This document shows positions 22,335 through 30,910 of a DNA stretch of 30,910 nt, piece after piece. The first letter of the stretch is position 1. Each line of letters begins with the position of its first letter. The notes under the pieces were generated by a model. The model had not been told where the DNA came from, did no database searches, and worked only from the letters and a program-made list of their open reading frames with translations. A program made the translations under genes and the position numbers. Source of the DNA: Octopus sinensis (taxonomy: Eukaryota). The DNA is taken from positions 1 through 30,910 of the forward strand of contig NW_021832509.1 of assembly GCF_006345805.1 (NCBI RefSeq), written 5' to 3'.

Positions 22335-23044
22335 GGATCTTTGTAGTTTTCGTCACTGTCTACAATTTTGTTCCAATTGCTTTCAAATTTGGTATATGAA
22401 TTAAGTTTTGTATACTAATTATGAAAATGAAATTCGTTTTTCCTATAAATCCATAATTAAAAAGTTATTAGCCTTTAAAATTTTCAAAATTTGGGTATTT
22501 CAGCCAATCAGAAGCGAGTATTTTACACATCACCGTGGCGAAGAACTGTTCCCAGAGTAACCAAAGCAAAGAAGCACCACGTGTTGCATAGCTGAGTACG
22601 AAGAACTCTGTTTCCATAGCAACCAAAGATGCTGCGCATGCGCACAAGGAGTGTAACCACTACATGTTCTATAATTGTTTTCATAACAAGGAATTCGATC
22701 GTTCCACGGTTGGCCTTTATCTTTGTGAATTTATGTGGTGTCGCGAATGTTTCAATGTTTTTTACTGTTTGTTGTAGGAAGTTTAAGGTTTTGACATGCC
22801 GGTGCCCCTCCCCCATATGCACCGCCATCCCCGATGATGGAAGAGGCAGCGAAAGCGCTGTTTTGTGATTGGATGAAAATTCTGATGATTATCAAACTTT
22901 GAATACCTGTAATATTTTCGCAAAATTTTTCTGGAATAAATGAATAACAAATTCGGATTTAGCATAAAAAATTACATCTATATGATACATTATTTTTTTT
23001 TTTTAAGATTTCGACATGCAGTGACGATAACCACGAAGCCCCCC
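22335..23044. mobile_element. ~710-bp non-autonomous DNA transposon with diverged ~24-bp TIRs
   Basis: Left GGATCTTTGTAGTTTTCGTCACTG versus right reverse complement GGGGCTTCGTGGTTATCGTCACTG (19/24). Confidence 0.6.
22501..22644. promoter_or_regulatory. Cluster of CCAAT (NF-Y), two RFX X-boxes, E-box and NRF1 motifs
   Basis: CAGCCAATCAGA 22501; GTTCCCAGAGTAAC 22548-61; CACGTG 22578-83; GTTTCCATAGCAAC 22610-23; TGCGCATGCGCA 22633-44. Motif match only. Confidence 0.45.
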
Positions 23045-23149
23045 AATTTAATTCAAGATAATTTATTGTTTAAAGTACCATTCAGAATGTCCCGCAGGCT
23101 GTAGTTTGCCCGTGACTGGTGTAAGCAACATTGATGAATGGGGAGACAA

Positions 23150-23500
23150 GTAGATCACATCGACCACTGGACTGGGGGATACAATCGCTTCCCCCACCAC
23201 CACCTTACTTGATTGGTACTTAATTTTATTGATCCCAGAGGATGAAAGGCAAAGTTGATCCTGGTACAATTTGAACTAAGAATGTTGAGAATCAGAAGTA
23301 GCACGAGGCATTTCGTCCAGCTCTTAATGATTCTGCCAGCTCGCCACGTTTCACAAGGTATTAATAATGGTTTAAAATTTTGGTACAAAACCAGCAATTG
23401 TGTGGCGGGGGGGGGGGTACAAGTCTATTACATCGACCCCAGTGCTCAACTGGTACTTATTTTACCGACGCAGAAAGGATGAAAGGCAAAGTAGACTCCG
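23150..23500 (-). mobile_element. Two adjacent diverged SINE family B copies
   Basis: TGGTACTTAATTTTATTGATCCCAGAGGATGAAAGGCAAAG..ATTCTGCCAGCTCGCC, and ATCGACCCCAGTGCTCAACTGGTACTTATTTTACCG..GATGAAAGGCAAAG. Confidence 0.75.
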
Positions 23501-24589
23501 CTCCCCCCAAAATGAAATTAAACTGATTCAGTCAAAGATTGAAACCGCTTCGCAATTTCCGCTTTCCGGGCGTTTATACCTTGTTTCTATAACACTCCAG
23601 ACACTATTGATTTCTTCCTGTATTATATGATCAACTGATTTTTATTTTATTTTTTTTTTTTGGTATTATTATTGTGTATACTTGAGAGTTATGGTCGATT
23701 TGATTGACTTGTACTAATGTTATCGATCCCCAGATTGATAACCAACAAGGCCAAGCTTAGCAGAAATCGAATCCTGAGCAAGAAAGGTTTCGATCTAAGA
23801 AAGCTCGTAAAGAATCTAATACAATGTTTTACTTCCTTGTCCATCTCCAAAAAACATAAAAACTGCTACTATTCAATCGAATTTGTTGCATTTAAAATGA
23901 AGTTTTCTCTTTTTAATATATTTATTTTTTTTACATATAAACCATCATATATTTCTCAGTTTGTGTTGTTTTTTTTAAAAAAAGACATTTATTGTAATTT
24001 TGTTTTTTATTTTGTTTATTCATCATCGGTGGTTAAAAGGTTTATTTTATATAAAAGAAATAAATACTCGATAGAAATATCTGATCAGACATAATTTTCT
24101 CTATACAATGGCGAATCTCTCTCCTTTTCGCTTTCCTTTACATTTTAAGCTGAACGAGGCCAGTTTAAACCGCTACACAAAAGGATTACGCTCTTTTAAA
24201 GATGTTTTCGTTGCGCTATATTGCTTACGATAGATTTGTTTTTTGTCCGTATATTTAGATTAATAAACCTTATATCCTCTTTTTTACTAAAGTAATTGAA
24301 GAGATATGCTTAGATGGCGTCAGAGCTACCATTTATTTAAACTGAGATCGGGCTAATAACCGTGGGAAATATGTTCAGACGAGGTGTATTCAACAGATAC
24401 GATGCCACAGTGTAGACATTAATAATTGAAAAAAAAAAATTAATAACAACAATATCCTTATCAAAAACAAACTCTGATATATAGAATATATAAATATGTA
24501 GAATTTCAAACGAGGCAGGTGATTACGCACACAAATACACACACATACACACTCACACATACACAGTAACACAATGCATGCAACACATT

Positions 24590-24613
24590 TATATGACATG
24601 ATGTATATGTATA

Positions 24614-24667
<54 letters not shown>

Positions 24668-24973
24668 TCAATAAATTTATGTGTGGGTGTGAATCAATAA
24701 CGTAATACGCATATACATAAGTATGTGTAGGCAGATATGAATTAATAACATAATATATATAACATACGCATATATATATACATACATACATACATATTTA
24801 TATAAAAATATGCATATGTATACATATATATATACATATTATATATATATATATATATGTGTGTGTATGTGTGTGTGTGTTTGTGTGTGTGTGTATACAT
24901 ACATACATACATACATATATATATATACATATGAGATAGAAAGAGAGAAAGAGAAAGAGAGAGCGAGAGAGAG

Positions 24974-25012
<39 letters not shown>

Positions 25013-25040
25013 TGTGTGTGTGTGTACGTATGTATGTATG
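24590..25040. repeat. Mixed (TA)n/(GA)n/(GT)n microsatellites
   Basis: Direct observation. Confidence 0.9.
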
Positions 25041-25043
25041 ATG

Positions 25044-25345
25044 TTGGTCTCTTGTAGTATGAGAAACACGGTTCTACAATTTCTCGCTGAACAATCAGGA
25101 CACATGATCTGCTTATAGTGGTCCAGTGTTTGTTTATGTAGTGTATTAGCTCACTGGCTTTGTCAAATCGGCATTGCTCGAACAGAGACAGGTTGTACTG
25201 TATGTAAGGCGTCGATGCGATCACAAAACAACATAAGATGAAGTGTTTTGCTCAACATAACACAACGCACCGCCCTGGTTCAGGAATTGAAACCACGGTC
25301 TCGCGATCATGAGTGAAACACCCTAACTTCAAAACCATGCGCTCC
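25044..25345 (-). mobile_element. SINE family C
   Basis: Reverse complement GGAGCGCATGG..TTAGGGTG..GTGGTTTCAATTCC..TTGAGCAAAACACTTCATC (tRNA head plus CORE-like segment). Confidence 0.75.
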
Positions 25346-25385
25346 GACATGTATGTATGTGTTTGTGTGTTTACAGGTATATATA

Positions 25386-25423
<38 letters not shown>

Positions 25424-25534
25424 AGTGTGTGCGTATCTGTGTATGTTTATATATATATGTACATATCTATATGTATTATACACACACACACGCACACACA
25501 CTAACACACACAGACATATATATATACATGTATA

Positions 25535-25670
25535 TGACGGGTTTCTTTCAGTTTCCTTCTACCAAATCCACTCATAAGGGGTCGGGCAGCTCGAGGCTAA
25601 GGGGCCACCACACAATGGAACAGAACAGTAAAGCATGTGGATCGGAAGCAAGCTTCTTACTACACAGCAA
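25535..25670 (-). mobile_element. Diverged SINE family A head
   Basis: GACGGGTTTCTTTCAGTTTCC..CAAATCCACTCA..GGAAGCAAGCTTCTTAC. Confidence 0.7.
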
Positions 25671-25740
25671 CGCTGTATAATGTGCATATATATATAAGTT
25701 CAGTAAAAATTTTGATTCCGTTGCTTATTTTGATTATATA

Positions 25741-26151
25741 TACTCTTTACTCTTTACTCTTTTACTTGTTTCAGTCATTTGACTGCGGCCATGCTGGAGC
25801 ACCGCCTTTAGTCGAGCAAATCGACCCCGTGACTTATTCTTTGTAAGCCCAGTACTTATTCTATCGGTCTCTTTTGCCGAACCGCTAGGTAATGGGGACG
25901 TAAACACACCAGCATCGGTTGTCAAGCAATGCTAAGGGGAAAAACACAGACACACAAACATATACACACACACTTACATATATATACATATATACGACAG
26001 GCTTCTTTCAGGTTCCGTCTACCAAATCCACTCACAAGGCATTGGTCGGCCCGGGGCTATAGCAGAAGACACTTGCCCAAGATGCCACGCAGTGGGACTG
26101 AACCCGGAACCATGTGGTTGGTTAGCAAGCTACTTACCACACAGCCACTCC
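25741..26151 (-). mobile_element. SINE family A, near full length
   Basis: (TACTCTTT)n tail through to head CTTACCACACAGCCACTCC. Confidence 0.92.
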
Positions 26152-26159
26152 TATATATA

Positions 26160-26655
26160 TCTATATATATAAAACTGTAGTTGTGTGAGTGTCTGTCCCC
26201 TTCGATTTAGATTCCTAACTACTCCCACATTTTGCGGTGCAGTTTAACCAAATTCGGGTATCTTATTGTCGTGATTAATATCGAGCCCGTCTGGGTATTA
26301 GCGCACGTCTACGATGAGTCTACGATTTTAAAAATAATTTAACATAATTTTTTATTCCATTTTAATGCATAATTTTTCGTGTTGGCGTCCACGCTCACAT
26401 CTGCACCTGTTTGCTTCTCCCCCTTCTTCCCTCCCTCGTGAAGCTGTGGGGAAGGGAGTGTAAGGAAATCAACGTCGTAAAGCGTTGTCAAGGAGACCAG
26501 CGTTCTTTTAGAACAACGACTTCATGGCTTGAAGACACCAAAACAGAAGTGGCTAAGAAAGCCCGAATTGGCATCTATAGGGGAAGTAACTCTCTAAAAA
26601 TGCTTATATAGTTATTTCCCTTACAAACCCGAGCAACGCCGGGCGATACTGCTAG
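26160..26655 (+). mobile_element. Non-autonomous Helitron, copy 1
   Basis: A|TCTATATATATAAA 5' end; 3' hairpin CCCG-AGCAACGC-CGGG followed by CTAG|T. Confidence 0.88.
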
Positions 26656-27056
26656 TATATATATATAAAAGAAAAGTTGTGTGGTGTCTGTCTCCTACGA
26701 TTTAGATTCCTAACTACTCCCACATTTTGCGGTGCAGTTTAACCAAAAGCGGGTATCTTATAGTCGTGATCCATATCGAACCCTTCTGGGTATTAGCGCG
26801 CGTCTACGATGAGTCTACGATTTTAAAGAAAATTTACCATCATTTTTTTCCATTTTTAATGCATTTTTTTGCTATTATCTAAGGGAAGTAACTCTCTAAA
26901 AATGTCTACGATGAGTCTACGATTTAAAAAATAATTAACCATCATTTTTTCCATTTTTAATGCATTTTTTGCTATTATATAAGGGAAGTAACTCTCTAAA
27001 ATGGTTATATAGTTATTTCCCTTACAAACCCGAGCAACGCCGGGCGATACTGCTAG
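26656..27056 (+). mobile_element. Non-autonomous Helitron, copy 2 (head-to-tail with copy 1)
   Basis: Same 5' body and identical 3' end AAACCCGAGCAACGCCGGGCGATACTGCTAG|T; internal ~100-bp tandem duplication (26802-27002). Confidence 0.88.
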
Positions 27057-27239
27057 TATGTATATATATAGGCATATATGGGTACAGGACGTCACCAACT
27101 GTATAAACAATATGAAGTACGAAAACAAACGAGTTAAATATGCAAACTAGAGAAAAAATGGAAAACAGGAAGTAACACGGAGAATAACCCTTCATCTGTT
27201 GTCGGCTGTCTATCTATTCCTCATTTAGAGCATTCAACG

Positions 27240-27276
<37 letters not shown>

Positions 27277-27749
27277 TAAAATACAAAATGGGACAAGTGC
27301 ACAAAACATCCGGACAACTATGTGATACAAAAAGGTCAACAAAACATCAAGATAGACGATACAAAAAAACAAGGACGGGTCATTTGAAGCCTTTTATCTT
27401 CAGTCAAGAACCGGATCATCCTCGCAATTTCGGCTGATTAATCTTGAGATTGCTCCAATCTGGCCAATCCCAAGGAAAAACTAAGGTAAGGGCATTAGAT
27501 TCCTTGGAAAAAAGCATCGAATGTATACGAAAACAAGGACAGAAAAACAGATGATGTTATATATATATATATATATATAGTCAAAGTTTAGTTGAGTTAG
27601 AAGTTAAAATAACCGTCTAAGGGATAGAAGTATCCATTACCTATGTTTAACCATGGACATAAATATGTAAACATATTATGTTCAGAAGTTATAGTTAAAG
27701 ACAAAATTCAAAGAAAACAGGAAAGCATATGCTTTTCTTCTCTATTCAT

Positions 27750-27895
27750 TCTCCACTCTGATGAAGCTCCTTGTTTCAGATGGGTTTTATTATCAAATAT
27801 GGTTAATATTTTTACATATTTTTACATACTTGTGCTTATCATATATTTGTGCTTACCATATAACACTGGAAGCAGAAACAGCTGTTAGATGGGAT
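27750..27895 (+). ncRNA. Type I hammerhead-like motif with long loop II (Penelope pLTR-like)
   Basis: CCACT-CTGATGA(27758-64)-A-GCTCC..~95 nt..GGAAGC-A-GAAA-CAGCTG-TT-AGATGG; palindromic stem III; AATAAA at ~27917. Confidence 0.55.
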
Positions 27896-27927
27896 GCAGT
27901 CTATTTGCATTGAATTAATAAAAAATA

Positions 27928-28351
27928 ATTGATGTAAGTCAATTGTTCTTAATCAGAACTTCTCAAGTTTCTGTTTTCTTTATATACATACAAATATATA
28001 TATATATATATATAATATAACATATATATATATACATACATATATATATATTCATACATATATGCATATATATATATGCATATCTGTATATATATATATA
28101 TATATGCATATGCATATATATATATATACAAATATATATACCTATATACATATACATATGCATGCATATATATATGTGAGTGTGTGTGTGTATAAATATA
28201 CAATGTATTTATATATAATTATATATGTGCATATGTATAACTCCACGCTTGTATGTATATAATGTGTGTGTGTTTGTGTTTGTGCGTGTACATTGATGTA
28301 AGTCAATTGTTCTTAATCAGAACTTCTCTAGTTTGTTTTCTTTATATACAT

Positions 28352-28392
<41 letters not shown>

Positions 28393-28462
28393 TATATATA
28401 CATATCTGTATTAATATATGCATATGCATATATATACATATATACAAATATATATATATATA

Positions 28463-28499
<37 letters not shown>

Positions 28500-28634
28500 G
28501 CATATATATATGTGAGTGTGTGTGTGTATAAATATACAATGTATTTATATATAATTATATATGTGTATATGTATAAATCCATGCTTGTATGTATATAATG
28601 TGTGTGTGTTTGTGTTTGTGCGTGTGTGTACATT
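27928..28634 (+). repeat. 364-bp tandem duplication
   Basis: ATTGATGTAAGTCAATTGTTCTTAATCAGAACTTCTC at 27928 and 28292, each followed by the same degenerate microsatellite succession. Confidence 0.9.
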
Positions 28635-28664
28635 TGTGTGTTTGTGTGTGTGTGTGTGTGTATA

Positions 28665-28736
<72 letters not shown>

Positions 28737-28839
28737 TAATTTGAGACTTAGCTAGACGATTCTCTCTAAATATATATATATATTCTAAGATACTTAGTTC
28801 ATACGCTTTATCCATTCTAATTCCCCGTCATTCCTTCAG

Positions 28840-29062
28840 CTAATAAACATCACCAAACAACATTACAACCTCGCTGTAGTATGCGAGCTTTCAGTGCAAC
28901 TCTTAATAAAATCACTTCACTGTCTAACGAAGAACTGAATGGAGGAATGAATATACGTTTTTTTAGCCAGCAGCGAACAATACTGGAAAAGCAAAAGAAT
29001 CTGATTTTACTTGATACCACCCAGAGTTTAATCCAAACAAATAAAACTGTGATTTCCAAAAG
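28840..29062 (+). other. Candidate internal exon (223 nt, open frame)
   Basis: Branch point CTAAT (28817), pyrimidine tract, TTCCTTCAG| acceptor and AAG|GTATGA donor; one frame open 28821-29090 in non-repetitive DNA. No recognisable domain. Confidence 0.33.
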
Positions 29063-29149
29063 GTATGAAGTGCAGTGGCATTCGTATTAGATTTTTTTTT
29101 TTTTTGTGTGTATAAGAACTCTAGAGTACTTTTCACCTTTAACTTATAT

Positions 29150-29560
29150 ACTCTTTTACACTTTTACTCTTTTACTTGTTTCAGTGATTTGATTGTGGCC
29201 ATGCTGGAGCACCGCCTTAAGTCCAGCAAATCGACTCCAGGACTTATTCTTTGTAAGTCTATCCTAGTATTTATTCTGTCGGAGTCTTTTGCCGAACCGC
29301 TAAGTTACGGGGACGTAAACACACCAGCATCGGTTGTAAAGCGATGTTGGGGAGGGGATAAACATAGACACACAAACACACACAGATATATGTATATACA
29401 TATACATATATACGACGGGCTTCTTTCAGTTTCCATCTATCAAATCCACTCACAAGTCTTTGGTCGGCCCGAGGCTATAGTAGAAGACACTTGCCCAAGT
29501 TGCCACGCAGTGGGACTGAACCCGGAACCTTGTGGTTGGTAAGCAAGCTACTTACCACTC
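29150..29560 (-). mobile_element. SINE family A
   Basis: Tail-to-head match to the other copies. Confidence 0.9.
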
Positions 29561-29566
29561 CAGTGC

Positions 29567-29568
29567 CT

Positions 29569-29633
<65 letters not shown>

Positions 29634-29655
29634 TATATATATATATATACATATA
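29567..29655. repeat. (CT)n then (TA)n microsatellite
   Basis: Direct observation. Confidence 0.92.
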
Positions 29656-29879
29656 GAAAGTTGTTTATACCTATCGAAATTTCTAAAGAGCTAAACTCAG
29701 GTTTCTTTCTTTTATTTTTATTATGCCACTTCAGTACACTGGCCCCATTGGAATTAAAGATTTACAAAGTTTCTAACTAAACACATCTTTAGTGATGAAT
29801 CTGTTTTTACTATTTAAGTCAACAAAGACAGTGGAATCTTGGTATTGTTAGAACGGCGAACGCAAGCATTGAAGTAATT

Positions 29880-30070
29880 ATATCCCCTTATATCTATGTT
29901 CAAATTTAGCTAAGATTTAGCTAAGATTACCTTTGCATTTTCTTAGAGAGGATAAAATAAAGTAATTATCAAGTACTTAGATCTATGTAATTGACTATAT
30001 CGCTGTGGTCGGCTTTGCCTTTCGTCTTTCGGGGTCAGTAAAATAAGTACCAGTTGAGCACTGGGTATGA
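29880..30070 (+). mobile_element. Diverged SINE family B fragments
   Basis: GTTCAAATT..CCTTTGCATTT..GATAAAATAAAGTA and GGTCGGCTTTGCCTTTCGTCTTTCGGGGTCAGTAAAATAAGTACCAG. Confidence 0.65.
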
Positions 30071-30316
30071 GTATAAAAACTTGAATCCCTCTGCCAAGCT
30101 ATATCGAGCCAGTGTGGCAGAGTAGGCTCACCAGACCAGTATGTTCTCAAGCTCAGATTCGCGGACTCCACATCATAATGTGGTTGGTGAACTGAATATG
30201 GGCAGAGCAATTCCAACCAGTCTCTCCTCCAAATATCGAAAGAGGTCAGAAGAGCAGTAGACCACTGGTCGTCACTGTTCTACAAACGCCGACTGAGTTG
30301 GCTGTGATATACCGTA

Positions 30317-30588
30317 AGAAACTGAAAGAAGCCCGTCGTACGTGTGCGTGTGTGTCTTTGTGTCAGTGTTTGCGCCCCCCCCCCCTCTCTGCTTGCCAAC
30401 CGGTGTTGGTGTGTTTATGTCCCCATAACCTTGCGGTTCGGTAAAAGACAAAGATAGAATAAGTACCAGGCTTACAGAAAAAAAAGAATAAGCAGTGGGA
30501 TAGATCCGTTTGACTAAAATTCTTGAAATCGGTGCCCCAGCATGACCGCCGTCTAATGACTAAAAGTAGTAAAAGATAGAAGATAAAA
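30317..30588 (+). mobile_element. SINE family A, 3' part
   Basis: GAAACTGAAAGAAGCCCGTCG..GCGGTTCGGTAAAAGA..CCAGCATGACCGCCGTCTAATGACT. Confidence 0.8.
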
Positions 30589-30617
30589 TCAACATTCTCA
30601 TCAATAAGGGATGCAGA

Positions 30618-30910
30618 TTCGGTAGGATTGTTGGAGACACGGACAAATTGTTTTGAAGTATTTAATTACATTCCTTTACGTTCTGCGTTCGAATCCCGGC
30701 AAGGTCAACTTTGCATTTCATCTTTTTCGGAATTGATAAAAGTAAATACCAGTCAGGAACAGTGATCGATATTAATTGATAATTAAGGCGGCGATCTGGC
30801 AGAATCGTTATCAGGCCGGGCAAAATTCTTAGTGGCATTTCGTCGGTCTTTACGTTCTGAGTTCAAATTCTGGCGAGATTGGCTTCGCTTTCATCCTTTT
30901 GGGGATGTAA
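30618..30910 (+). mobile_element. Two SINE family B copies (second truncated by window end)
   Basis: GTTCGAATCCC..CTTTGCATTTCATC, and from ~30786 GGCGGCGATCTGGCAGAATCGTTA..GAGTTCAAATTC..TTTCATCC. Confidence 0.78.

Noticed and set aside
27375-27440. Minus-strand GAAA..CTGAAGA type II hammerhead candidate
   Set aside because: Stem II is out of register and there is no stem III or cleavage triplet.
29075-29542. 155-aa ORF and related SINE-spanning ORFs (738-1124, 7939-8325, 21648-21968)
   Set aside because: They lie within SINE copies, and the frames are not preserved between copies.

Overview
AT-rich eukaryotic DNA, very rich in microsatellites and dominated by interspersed repeats. The SINE families and the (TA)n/(CA)n/(TACA)n/(GATA)n density look like an octopus (coleoid cephalopod) genome; this is inferred from repeat content, not proven. 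No intact protein-coding gene is visible, and nearly all supplied ORFs are translations of microsatellites or SINEs. Supported features: at least five tRNA-headed SINE families (several with TSDs), a decayed Penelope-like GIY-YIG endonuclease, three 3' remnants of an R4/Dong-type RLE retrotransposon beside (TACA)n, a mariner MITE, an 8-bp-TSD (Merlin-like) MITE, a TTAA-flanked fold-back MITE, a Tigger/pogo-like end and a head-to-tail Helitron pair. Most noteworthy: (i) four type-I hammerhead-ribozyme-like motifs, including a minimal U3-A8 covariant and a tandem pair 209 bp apart; (ii) a TIR-bounded element carrying a CCAAT/RFX/E-box/NRF1 promoter-like cassette; (iii) SINE body multimers that restart at the same GGTATT microhomology; (iv) two phase-compatible candidate exons of a possible unannotated plus-strand gene.
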